From: Candidatus Omnitrophota bacterium
GTDB taxonomy: Bacteria > Omnitrophota > Gorgyraeia > 2-02-FULL-51-18
NCBI GenBank assembly: GCA_016197155.1
Contig: JACPWF010000024.1
Span: forward strand, 17,432 to 81,431
DNA: 64,000 nt
Direction of reading: 5' to 3'
Of the stretch, positions 1 through 8,180 are shown in pieces (the stretch's first letter is position 1; every line of letters starts with the position of its first letter). The position numbers were made by a program, and so were the translations under genes. Below the pieces are notes generated by a model, which was not told the origin of the DNA, searched no databases, and saw only the letters and a list, made by a program, of their open reading frames with translations.

Positions 1-295
1 GAATGTCAATTTTAATGGAAAAGTGGAAATGGTTTTTTGATTTTTTTCTGACTTCTGATTTCTGACGGCTGATTTCTGTCTTTTTCCCCGTCAAAGCAGA
101 CACTTCCCGCGCCAAGCCCAAAATGCTGAGACAGTCAGGTCGATTCGTCGTCACCTCGATCTCGAGAACGGCGTCCCGGCCTTTTCTCTCAATCCGCTCG
201 ACCGCCGTGCCGGACATCGTGAGAAGTTCGGCCAGTTTTTCCGGCGACACGCTCACGTCGATGTAATCTTTCAGCCAGGAAAGGGGAAGTTTCAT
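1..295 (-). CDS. pheT: Phenylalanine-tRNA ligase beta subunit, 5' part (runs off window)
   Basis: Manual translation MKLPLSWLKDYIDV...VLEIEVTTNRPDCLSILGLAREV; NRPD motif; directly downstream of pheS. Confidence 0.93.
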   Translation of the reverse strand, partial: MKLPLSWLKDYIDVSVSPEKLAELLTMSGTAVERIERKGRDAVLEIEVTTNRPDCLSILGLAREVSALTGKKTEISRQKSEVRKKSKNHFHFSIKIDI

Positions 296-296
296 T

Positions 297-1271
297 TTAA
301 AATTGTTTCAAAAACCGGATGTCGTTTTCAAAAAATAAACGGATGTCCTCGACGCCGTATTTCAGCATCGCGATCCGTTCCACCCCCATGCCGAACGCAA
401 AACCGGTGTATTTTTCGGGGTCGATCTTGACGCCGCGCAAAACATTCGGGTGCACCATGCCCGCCCCTAAAATCTCAAGCCAGCCGCGTTTTTCAGAATA
501 AATATCGATTTCCGCGCTCGGCTCCGTGAAAGGGAAAAAATGCGGCCGGAAACGCAGTTTGGTTTTCGCTCCAAAAAATTCCTTCGCAAACGCCAAGAGA
601 ACCCCTTTTAAATCCGAAAAACGCACGCCCTCATCGACCATCAGGCCTTCAATTTGATGAAACATGAAAGAATGCGTCGCGTCCGTCGCGTCCGGACGGA
701 AAACTTTTCCCGGGGCGATGATTTTGAGCGGCGGACGCGCTTTTTCCATGACGCGGATCTGAACGGTGGAGGTCTGGCTCCTGAGAAGCTTTCCGTTTTC
801 CAGATAAAAAGTGTCAAAACTGTCGCGGGAGGGATGATGGAGCGGAATATTGAGCGCCTCGAAATTGGTGTGTTCGGTCTCGACCTCCGGGCCGTCCACC
901 ACGGAGAACCCGAGCCGCTCGAAAATCCGCGTGATGTCCAAGATCACCCGCGTCAGCGGATGGACCCGTCCCGGCTCAAAAAAAGTGCCGGGCATCGTCG
1001 TGTCGATGGCCTTGGCCGCGGACACGGCGCCGAGAAAGGAAGCCTCCTTCTCTTTAAAGACGTCTTCCAGGACCCGCTTCACGCGGTTCAGTTCGCGGCC
1101 CGCTTCGGGTTTCTCCGAAGCCGGCACCTCACCCATGCGCGCGGCTAAGGAAGCAAAAAGCCCCTTACGGCCGAGATACTTGATCCTCAGTTCCTGAAGG
1201 ATCCCGGCATCCGCCGCCTGCGAAAGCTCGGCCTTCGCGTCCGTCTCGAGTTTTCTAAGGTCTTCTACCAT
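297..1271 (-). CDS. pheS: Phenylalanine-tRNA ligase alpha subunit
   Basis: FRPHFFPFTEPS, GFAFGMGVERIAMLKYG motifs. Confidence 0.98.
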   Translation of the reverse strand: MVEDLRKLETDAKAELSQAADAGILQELRIKYLGRKGLFASLAARMGEVPASEKPEAGRELNRVKRVLEDVFKEKEASFLGAVSAAKAIDTTMPGTFFEPGRVHPLTRVILDITRIFERLGFSVVDGPEVETEHTNFEALNIPLHHPSRDSFDTFYLENGKLLRSQTSTVQIRVMEKARPPLKIIAPGKVFRPDATDATHSFMFHQIEGLMVDEGVRFSDLKGVLLAFAKEFFGAKTKLRFRPHFFPFTEPSAEIDIYSEKRGWLEILGAGMVHPNVLRGVKIDPEKYTGFAFGMGVERIAMLKYGVEDIRLFFENDIRFLKQF

Positions 1272-1618
1272 TAACCTTTCGCGATCTGAACCAGATCCGA
1301 AAAAATCTTCTTATCGTGGTGGGCGAGATCCGCGAGAATCTTGCGGTCAAGCTCGATCTTCGCCTTTTTCAAACCGCCGATGAAACGGCTGTAGGAGAGG
1401 CCGTTGGCCTCCGCGCCCGCGGCGATGCGCGTGATCCAGATTTTCCGGATCACCGACTTCGAATCCCGCCGGTCGCGCGTGGCGAACATGAGCGCGCGCT
1501 GGACGGTCTCGCGCGCGGTCCGGTAAAGCCGGTGCCGTCCGCCGACAAACCCCTTGGCGCGCTTTAAAAACTTGCGTCTCCGCCTCCGTCCGGCGGGTAC
1601 TGTTGCTGCTCTAGGCAT
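1271..1618 (-). CDS. rplT: 50S ribosomal protein L20
   Basis: AKGFVGGR, WITRI, GLSYSRFIGGLKKAKIELDRKILADLA. Confidence 0.97.
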   Translation of the reverse strand: MPRAATVPAGRRRRRKFLKRAKGFVGGRHRLYRTARETVQRALMFATRDRRDSKSVIRKIWITRIAAGAEANGLSYSRFIGGLKKAKIELDRKILADLAHHDKKIFSDLVQIAKG

Positions 1619-1808
1619 AGGGCAAAAGTCTCCTTATCTGATTTTGAAACGCGCCTGTGACGAGATTACTCCCGCGCAAATGCCGCTTGTGTTTCGACGA
1701 TTTGTGCTCCAGGAGATGCCGCTTGCCGGCGCGCATTTTTTTGAATTTTCCGCTTTTGGTGGCGCGGAACCGTTTTTGAACGGATTTATTGGTTTTGAGT
1801 TTAGCCAT
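1611..1808 (-). CDS. rpmI: 50S ribosomal protein L35
   Basis: MAKLKTNKSVQKRFR...HLLEHKS; infC-rpmI-rplT synteny. Confidence 0.96.
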   Translation of the reverse strand: MAKLKTNKSVQKRFRATKSGKFKKMRAGKRHLLEHKSSKHKRHLRGSNLVTGAFQNQIRRLLPYA

Positions 1809-1836
1809 TGACTCTCCTTAGATAGATACTAACCTG

Positions 1837-1877
1837 ATCCTTCGACGCGGCGTGCAAAAGCACGCCTTGCTCAGGAT
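1837..1877. repeat. Palindromic REP-like element (ATCC-TTCGAC-hairpin-GCTCA-GGAT)
   Basis: Same core as copies at 4808, 8102, 9045, 21433, 33171, 34553. Confidence 0.75.
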
Positions 1878-1899
1878 GAACTTTTCAAATATGAAAAGT

Positions 1900-2415
1900 T
1901 CACTTAGGCATGATGATCATCGTGATCATCCGGCCTTCCATGTACGGCGCCTTCTCGACTTCCCCGAGGGGGGCGATGTCCTGCGCCAGGCGTTCCAGGA
2001 CCTTCCGGCCGGCGCTGACATAATTCATCTCCCGCCCGCGAAAAACCATCGTGATCTTCGCCTTGTCCCCGTGTTTCAAAAACCGCTCCAGGTTGTGCAG
2101 TTTCACCTGGTAATCGTTTTTTTCAATGAAGGGATGAAACTTGATTTCCTTTAAATGAACGACCTTCTGCTTCTTCCGGGCTTCTTTTTCTTTCTTGGTC
2201 TGGTCATACTTGAACTTGCTGAAATCGATGATCCGGCAGACCGGAGGCGAGGCCTGACCCGCCACTTCCACCAAATCCAGCTCCGCTTCCTTGGACATCC
2301 GCAGAGCCTGCTCAATGCCGACCACCCCCGCCTGATTTCCGTCCTGGTCGATCAGCCTGACTTGAGAAGCGCGAATCGCCTCGTTGATCCGAGTTGTGAT
2401 TTTTGGAATCTTCAA
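1900..2415 (-). CDS. infC: Translation initiation factor IF-3
   Basis: RINEAIRASQVRLID, LDLVEVA, PPVCRIIDFSKFKY, FRGRE. Confidence 0.98.
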   Translation of the reverse strand: MKIPKITTRINEAIRASQVRLIDQDGNQAGVVGIEQALRMSKEAELDLVEVAGQASPPVCRIIDFSKFKYDQTKKEKEARKKQKVVHLKEIKFHPFIEKNDYQVKLHNLERFLKHGDKAKITMVFRGREMNYVSAGRKVLERLAQDIAPLGEVEKAPYMEGRMITMIIMPK

Positions 2416-2445
2416 TGCCTCCTTTGTGAGCGATTGTCTCGCCGG

Positions 2446-4185
2446 TTACCGTTTGTGAACGCCCTCAGCCGCCGTTTTCAAAAAATCAGCCAGCGTTTTT
2501 TGTCCCTGGTCCCCCGCCTCGCGGGACCGGATGGACACTTTTTCCGCCTTCACCTCTTTGTCTCCTAAAATGAACATGGCCGGGATCTTTTCGTTCTGCG
2601 CCCTCCGGATCCGCGCCCCGAGCGTGTCGGTGGCCGGCTGAAGCTCGGCGCGCAGTCCGGCGTCTTCTATTTCTTTCTGAATTTTTTTGGCGTACGCCTC
2701 GTGCGCCTCCGCGACGGGAATGAGGCTCACCTGAACGGGCGACAGCCAAAACGGCAGGGCCCCCGCGTAATGCTCGAGGAGTGTCCCCATGAAACGCTCG
2801 ACACTTCCCAGGATCGCGCGGTGAATCATGACCGGCCGGTGCCTTTGCCCGTCGGCCCCCGTGTATTCCAGATCAAAGCGCTCCGGCAGGGCGAAATCGC
2901 ACTGGATCGTGCTGCATTGCCACGATCGCCCGAGCGCGTCTTTAATTTTCACATCGATCTTCGGGCCGTAAAAAGCGCCTTCTCCCTCGCAAATTTTGTA
3001 TTCCACTTTTTTCGTTTTCAAAGCCCCCTCAAGCGCCGCCGTCGCGCGCGCCCAGTCCTCCCCGGTCCCGATCGAATCCTTCGGCCGCGTGCTGATCTCG
3101 ATTTCCCTTTCGTGAAACCCAAACGCGTCGAGCACGTGAAAAATAAAATCGACGACCGACCCGATTTCTTTTTCGAGGGATTCCGGCGTCGAAAAAATGT
3201 GCGCGTCGTCCTGCGTGAAATTCCGCACGCGCAAAAGGCCGTGCAGAACCCCGGATTTTTCATTGCGGCAGACGTTGCCCATTTCAAAAAAACGGAGCGG
3301 CAGGTCGCGGTAACTCCGCACCCTGGTTTTGTAAATGAGCATGTGCCCCGGGCAATTCATGGGCTTGATCGCGTATTCTTTTTCGTCCTCGGTCTTGAAG
3401 ACGAACATGTTTTCTTTGTAATAGGAATAATGGCCCGAGCGCACCCACACGTCGCTTTTCAAAATCTGCGGGCCGATCACAAACTGATACCCGCGCTTCA
3501 GGTGCTCTTCCTTGACGAACTGCTCGATCAAATGCCGGAGAAGGGCGCCTTTCGGATGATAAAAAATGAGCCCCTGCCCGCCCTCTTCCTGGATCGAAAA
3601 GAAATCGAGTTCTTTTCCGATTTTCCGGTGGTCGCGTTTCTTGGCCTCTTCGCGCACCCGCACGTACTCGTCCAATTCCTTTTTCGAGCCAAAGGCCGTT
3701 CCGTAAATTCTCTGCAGAACGGGATTGGTTTCGATGCCCTTCCAGTAAGCGCCCGCGAGGCTCGTCAATTTAAAGGCCTTGATCGCCCCCGTCGAATGTG
3801 CGTGCGGGTACTTGCAGAGGTCCGTGAAATCCCCGTCCACCACGACGGAAAGCGCCTCGCGCCCTCCGAGCGCGTCCACGGTTTCCACCTTAAACGTCTC
3901 GTTTTTTTCCTCAAAAATCCGCCGCGCCTCGGCCGCCGACACCATTTTTTTCTCGAAAATATAATCGGCCTTCACGATTTTTTCCATTTCATTTTCAATG
4001 CGTTTCAAATCCTCTTCGCCGAGCGGCGCCTCCAGCGCGATGTCGTAATAAAACCCCTCCTCGACCGGCGGCCCGAATCCGAGCCTGGCCCGGGGATAAA
4101 GGCGTTTCACCGCCTGCGCCAGCACATGCGCGCAGGAGTGGCGGATCTTGTCAAGATCGGTGTATTGTTCGGCGGTTTTTGTCAT
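2446..4185 (-). CDS. thrS: Threonine-tRNA ligase (no N-terminal TGS domain)
   Basis: RHSCAHVLAQAV, KPMNCPGH, GAFYGPKID, HRAILGSVERF. Confidence 0.98.
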   Translation of the reverse strand: MTKTAEQYTDLDKIRHSCAHVLAQAVKRLYPRARLGFGPPVEEGFYYDIALEAPLGEEDLKRIENEMEKIVKADYIFEKKMVSAAEARRIFEEKNETFKVETVDALGGREALSVVVDGDFTDLCKYPHAHSTGAIKAFKLTSLAGAYWKGIETNPVLQRIYGTAFGSKKELDEYVRVREEAKKRDHRKIGKELDFFSIQEEGGQGLIFYHPKGALLRHLIEQFVKEEHLKRGYQFVIGPQILKSDVWVRSGHYSYYKENMFVFKTEDEKEYAIKPMNCPGHMLIYKTRVRSYRDLPLRFFEMGNVCRNEKSGVLHGLLRVRNFTQDDAHIFSTPESLEKEIGSVVDFIFHVLDAFGFHEREIEISTRPKDSIGTGEDWARATAALEGALKTKKVEYKICEGEGAFYGPKIDVKIKDALGRSWQCSTIQCDFALPERFDLEYTGADGQRHRPVMIHRAILGSVERFMGTLLEHYAGALPFWLSPVQVSLIPVAEAHEAYAKKIQKEIEDAGLRAELQPATDTLGARIRRAQNEKIPAMFILGDKEVKAEKVSIRSREAGDQGQKTLADFLKTAAEGVHKR

Positions 4186-4196
4186 TTCAATTCTTT

Positions 4197-4322
4197 CCTC
4201 CCCTTACCAAGGGGAGGTGGTCGCCACAGGCGACCAGAGGGGCAGACGCTTTGCCATCATTCGTCAGCCCATTCACCTCCCCGGTCGCCGCGGCGACCAC
4301 CCCTCCTTAAATAAGGAGGGGA
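4197..4322. repeat. Multi-hairpin palindromic repeat in thrS leader
   Basis: Hairpins CCTCCCCTT-ACC-AAGGGGAGG, GGTCGCC..GGCGACC (x2), CCCCTCCTTA-AA-TAAGGAGGGG. Confidence 0.7.
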
Positions 4323-4326
4323 AGAT

Positions 4327-4469
4327 TGGGCAATACAGGACTCGCCCGCCAGAGGCGGGTCCGCCTTCGGCGGAAACCTTGTGACCTTTTCCATGTCAAG
4401 GAAACGTCCGCCATCAAAGCGCCGGCGGACGCCCGCCAAAGTTCCAGTGGCGGGCGCTCCAACCCACTG
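4327..4469 (-). pseudogene. Degenerate tRNA-Val(GAC) copy with two hairpin insertions, 5'-truncated
   Basis: Segments match tRNA-Val 4507..4580; inserts at 4345..4374 and 4407..4456. Confidence 0.8.
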
Positions 4470-4506
4470 CTTGTCATCCTTCAATCACTATACATCATAA
4501 TTTAAA

Positions 4507-4580
4507 TGGGCAATACAGGACTCGAACCTGTGACCTTTTCCATGTCAAGGAAACGCTCTAACCAACTGAGCTAATTGCCC
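4507..4580 (-). tRNA. tRNA-Val(GAC)
   Basis: Revcomp GGGCAATTAGCTCAGTTGGTTAGAGCGTTTCCTT-GAC-ATGGAAAAGGTCACAGGTTCGAGTCCTGTATTGCCCA folds as cloverleaf. Confidence 0.96.
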
Positions 4581-4606
4581 GAATCGCTCCCAAAATCAAA
4601 TCCCGG

Positions 4607-4689
4607 TGCCGAGGGTGGGAGTTGCACCCACACGACCCGAAGATCAACGGATTTTAAGTCCGTAGCGTCTGCTGTTCCGCCACCTCGGC
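4607..4689 (-). tRNA. tRNA-Leu(TAA)
   Basis: Revcomp GCCGAGGTGGCGGAACAGCAGACGCTACGGACT-TAA-AATCCGT...; long variable arm; atypical T-loop TGCAACT. Confidence 0.9.
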
Positions 4690-4697
4690 TGAAATCG

Positions 4698-4768
4698 AGG
4701 CGCGAACCGGAGTCGCACCGGTGTACGCGGTTTTGCAGACCGCTGCCTCACTGCTCGGCCATCGCGCC
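4698..4768 (-). tRNA. tRNA-Cys(GCA)
   Basis: Revcomp GGCGCGATGGCCGAGCAGTGAGGCAGCGGTCT-GCA-AAACCGCG...; U73 discriminator; atypical T-loop TGCGACT. Confidence 0.9.
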
Positions 4769-4807
4769 AAAATCGACTTCCTCTTCCAAATCCTTCTGCG
4801 CTATCTC

Positions 4808-4866
4808 GTGGTGAGCAAGGTCGCCGTAGGCGACCGCGTCGAACCACTGCTCGGCCATCGCGCCAA
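4808..4866. repeat. REP-like element fused to a 22-bp duplicate of the tRNA-Cys 5' end
   Basis: GTGG-TGAGC-AA-hairpin-GC-GTCGAA-CCAC; CACTGCTCGGCCATCGCGCCAA at 4845..4866 equals 4749..4770. Confidence 0.8.
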
Positions 4867-4909
4867 TCCTTCATTCATTTTCGAAAATTCAAAATCGAAG
4901 GCCAGTAAT

Positions 4910-5551
4910 CTAGCAGAAACGATTTTCCGAGTCAATTTGACCCGTTTTTTCGGTCTGACGGACCAAAAAATCCGCCAAACGCGCCTTCGAAAGAAGGCCG
5001 AGGTCCCGCCTTCTGCCCGCTTGATTCAAGACGATAAAATGAACTTTTTTTTCGCCGAACGGCCTTTCTTTTTTCGTCACTTTCTGCAGCACCAAAAGTT
5101 CCAGCGATTTTGATCTCAATTTTTTAAGGCCGTTCGCCAATAGTCTCCCGGACTCCAGCGCAAACCCCACAAAAATCTGATTTTTCTTCTTTGTTTTCGC
5201 CAAATCCGCCAAAATGTCCGGATTTTTCACGAACCGCACGCCCAAAAGCGTTTCTTTTTTGATCTTGGCCGGCGCAACCTTCGCGGGCCTCACGTCGCAC
5301 ACCGCCGCCGCCATGACAAGCACCTCGTGGCGCGCGATGAGCCTCTTCAGTTTTTCCCCGAGTTCGCGCGCGGTCTCCGCGTCCGCGGGACATTCGAGGG
5401 CCGTCACCGCGTGCCCCCTTTTTTTGGCCGCCGCCACCAGGGCCCGCCCCATTTCACCCGTCGAATAATTGGACAAAAAGCGCACCGGGTCCAAGGGCTC
5501 CCGCGTCGGGCCAAAGGCGATGAGAAAGCGGAGCTTGCGACGGGAAAGCAT
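4910..5551 (-). CDS. coaB: Phosphopantothenate-cysteine ligase (stand-alone CoaB)
   Basis: GPTREPLDPVRFLSNYSTGEMG, AAAVCD, NPDIL, VGFALE. Confidence 0.93.
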   Translation of the reverse strand: MLSRRKLRFLIAFGPTREPLDPVRFLSNYSTGEMGRALVAAAKKRGHAVTALECPADAETARELGEKLKRLIARHEVLVMAAAVCDVRPAKVAPAKIKKETLLGVRFVKNPDILADLAKTKKKNQIFVGFALESGRLLANGLKKLRSKSLELLVLQKVTKKERPFGEKKVHFIVLNQAGRRRDLGLLSKARLADFLVRQTEKTGQIDSENRFC

Positions 5552-5562
5552 TCGGGAAAAAT

Positions 5563-6117
5563 CTACAAGGCCAAAGCGGCGCGAACGGCCTTGAGGATCG
5601 CCGGATTCTCGGCCAGATGCCCCATGCCTTCGTCCGAACAGACAAGATGTCCGTGAATAGGCGGCACCACTTTCGCGCCATTGGCCTCGAGGCGTTTCAA
5701 ATTTTCCTGCGTAAATTTATGGTTGTACATCTTCTCGTTCATCGCCGGCGCGATGACCAGCGGCGCGGTGCTGGCGAGCGCCGCGCAGGTCAGGACGTCG
5801 TCCGCCAGGCCGTGCGCGAGCTTGGCGATCACGTCCGCGGTGGCCGGCGCGATGAGGATCAGGTCCGATTGTTTGGCCAGTTCAATGTGAACCGGCCTCG
5901 GCCGCCCCGCCAGCGAGAAAAAATCCTCGATCACCTCTTGGCCGGCGAAACTTTGAAGCGAAAGCGGCGTCACAAAGTGACGCGCGTCGCGCGTCATCAC
6001 CGGCGTCACCGAAAAACCCTCTTTTCGTAAAAGGGTGATGAGGTCAAACGCCAGATACGCCGCGATGGACGCGCTCACCCCGAGCAAAATGTTTTTCGTC
6101 CCTTTTTCCGGCTTCAT
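5563..6117 (-). CDS. coaC: Phosphopantothenoylcysteine decarboxylase (stand-alone CoaC); start moved to MKPEKG
   Basis: LLGVSASIAAY, APATADVIAKLAHGLADD, APAMN; ATGA overlap with gmk stop. Confidence 0.92.
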   Translation of the reverse strand: MKPEKGTKNILLGVSASIAAYLAFDLITLLRKEGFSVTPVMTRDARHFVTPLSLQSFAGQEVIEDFFSLAGRPRPVHIELAKQSDLILIAPATADVIAKLAHGLADDVLTCAALASTAPLVIAPAMNEKMYNHKFTQENLKRLEANGAKVVPPIHGHLVCSDEGMGHLAENPAILKAVRAALAL

Positions 6118-6704
6118 CCCGAACTCTCCGCGCGGATGATCGCCCTCAGGATCTCGCGCGCCTTGTGAATGTCGCGGTTCACGATCCGGTAGTCGCACAG
6201 GTACCGGCCGTTCGTCATCGCGTTCAGCTCGCGCAGTTCGCGCGTGGCCACGCGCAGGCGTTTTTGAATTTCTTTCTTCGATTCGGTGCCGCGCTTTTCG
6301 AGGCGTTTTTTGAGTTCCGTCTTCGACGGCGGCGACAAAAACACAAAAACCGCGTTCGGCCGCACCCGCTTCACCGTTTTGGCGCCCTGCACGTCGATCA
6401 AAAGCAGGACATTCCGCCGCCGCTTCAAGTGCTCTTCGACTTCCTTCCGCGGCGTGCCGTAGGAATGGCCGAACACGTTCGCCCATTCGAGGAAACCGTT
6501 TCTCCGCCGGATCGCGGAAAATTCCTGCTTGGTGACGAAATAATAATCGGCGCCGTTCTGTTCGCTCGCGCGCGGCGGGCGCGTCGTGTAGGAAATGGAG
6601 GGCACGAGGTTCTTGTCGTCCTTCAAAAGCTCGCGCGCCAGCGTCGTTTTTCCGGTCCCGGACGACGCCGAAATGACAAACAGCCTGCCCTTACTCAAGC
6701 CCAT
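6114..6704 (-). CDS. gmk: Guanylate kinase
   Basis: SASSGTGKTT, SYTTRPPR, DYYFV, YGTP. Confidence 0.97.
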   Translation of the reverse strand: MGLSKGRLFVISASSGTGKTTLARELLKDDKNLVPSISYTTRPPRASEQNGADYYFVTKQEFSAIRRRNGFLEWANVFGHSYGTPRKEVEEHLKRRRNVLLLIDVQGAKTVKRVRPNAVFVFLSPPSKTELKKRLEKRGTESKKEIQKRLRVATRELRELNAMTNGRYLCDYRIVNRDIHKAREILRAIIRAESSG

Positions 6705-7195
6705 ATTTTCTTTTTGTGGGAAACAGTCGTTTGTTTGGTGGGATACAACTGATCGAAGACGATCTCCTCCGGCTCAAACCACAGCTTGATCTCGCGCTCG
6801 GCGTCCCCGGTGTTGCCGGAGGCGTGAATCACGTTTTCATAAACGCCCTTGGTCGTGATGCGGCCGAACGAGCCGCGGATCGTGCCGGGCTCGGCCTCTT
6901 CGGGATTGGTGGCGCCGCAGATTTTACGGATTTTTTTGATCGCGTCCTCGCCGTAATAAACAATCGCCATCACGCGCTTGGTGTGATAATCGCCCATGAG
7001 ATATTTCACGATCTCCTCAAAAAAAGGCTTGTCCTTCATGTGGATGTAGTGCTCCTCGGCGAGCGCGCGCGGAACCGCCTTGATCTTCGCGCCGATGAGG
7101 ACGAGTCTGGTCTCGGACAGGCGCGTCAACACATTGCCCGTCAGCGACTTCTGAAGGCCGTCGGGCTTAATGATAACGAGTGTGGGTTCTTCCAT
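6695..7195 (-). CDS. ndk: Nucleoside diphosphate kinase
   Basis: TLVIIKPDG, GATNP, PGTIRG, NVIHAS. Confidence 0.97.
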   Translation of the reverse strand: MEEPTLVIIKPDGLQKSLTGNVLTRLSETRLVLIGAKIKAVPRALAEEHYIHMKDKPFFEEIVKYLMGDYHTKRVMAIVYYGEDAIKKIRKICGATNPEEAEPGTIRGSFGRITTKGVYENVIHASGNTGDAEREIKLWFEPEEIVFDQLYPTKQTTVSHKKKIWA

Positions 7196-7238
7196 TGGCT
7201 GTTTAGTCTAAAAAATATTCGTAAACCTGTCAACGCAA

Positions 7239-8081
7239 TTAAGCCGCTCCGAGGATTCTCAAAAGCCGCCCCAAATCCTCCGCCGAATAATATTCAATGT
7301 CGATCCGTCCCCTCTTCTTTCCCGCGTGGATCCGCACCCGCGTGCCCAGGTGATGCTGGAGCCTCTCTTCCACATTTCTCAGATGAGGATCGGTCTGGGC
7401 CCATAGCTTGGCCGAACGTTTTCTCGCGCGGTGCGCGGTCAGGACCTCGGTCTGCCTCACCGAAAGGCCTTTTTTCACGATCCGCTGACAAAAACTCACC
7501 TGCGTTTTTTCATCCGACAGGGACAGGAGCGCCCGCGCGTGTCCGAACGTGATCAGATTTTGAGACAGGTAATCCTGCACCTTGTCCGGTAAGTTCAGAA
7601 GCCGCAATAGGTTAGAAACCGAAGACTTGTCCTTTCCCACCCGGCTGGCAATGGAATCCTGAGTGAGTCCAAATTCCTGGGCCAGACGTTGATAGGCGCG
7701 CGCCTCCTCAATGGAGTTCAATTCTTCGCGCTGGATATTTTCAATGATCGACATCTCCAAAAGCTCCGAATCCGCCACGCGCCGGATGATCGCCGGAATT
7801 TCGTCGAAGCCCAGGTGTTTCACCGCGCGCAGTCGCCTCTCACCGGCAATCAATTCATAACTATCTGCCCCTTTTGACCTTACAAGTATCGGTTGGATCA
7901 CTCCCTTTTCTTTAATGGACCGCGAAAGCCCCTCGATTTTTTCTTTCGAAAAATTCATCCGCGGCTGGAGAGGGCTTGGATGCACTTGAGAGACTTTCAG
8001 CATCTGCACTCTTTCCTTAAATCCCTGAGTGTCCTGCGGGATCAAAACGTCCAAGCCGCGTCCCAGAACTTTTCTTTCCAT
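7239..8081 (-). CDS. parB: Chromosome partitioning protein ParB/Spo0J
   Basis: LGRGL, QPR, IAGERRLRA, IENIQRE, HTH. Confidence 0.97.
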   Translation of the reverse strand: MERKVLGRGLDVLIPQDTQGFKERVQMLKVSQVHPSPLQPRMNFSKEKIEGLSRSIKEKGVIQPILVRSKGADSYELIAGERRLRAVKHLGFDEIPAIIRRVADSELLEMSIIENIQREELNSIEEARAYQRLAQEFGLTQDSIASRVGKDKSSVSNLLRLLNLPDKVQDYLSQNLITFGHARALLSLSDEKTQVSFCQRIVKKGLSVRQTEVLTAHRARKRSAKLWAQTDPHLRNVEERLQHHLGTRVRIHAGKKRGRIDIEYYSAEDLGRLLRILGAA

Positions 8082-8101
8082 TTTATCTCCTATTTTAGCC
8101 C

Positions 8102-8180
8102 GTCATCCTGAGGCCGCCGAAGGTGACCGAAGGATCCCATCGTGTATCAGATTCTTCGTCGCTTCGCTCCTCAGAATGAC
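8102..8180. repeat. Double REP-like element encoding the ParA C-terminus
   Basis: GTCATCCTGAG...CGAAGGATC and AGATTCTTCG...CTCAGAATGAC. Confidence 0.78.

Noticed and set aside
2701-4314. 537-aa plus-strand ORF
   Set aside because: Antisense shadow of thrS; no motifs
4345-4456. True tRNA introns
   Set aside because: The copy lacks its 5' acceptor strand; inserts are too short for group I and show no evident BHB motif
4186-4500. T-box riboswitch or 75-aa leader peptide before thrS
   Set aside because: No T-box consensus; region explained by repeats and a tRNA copy; the ORF is a translation of repeats
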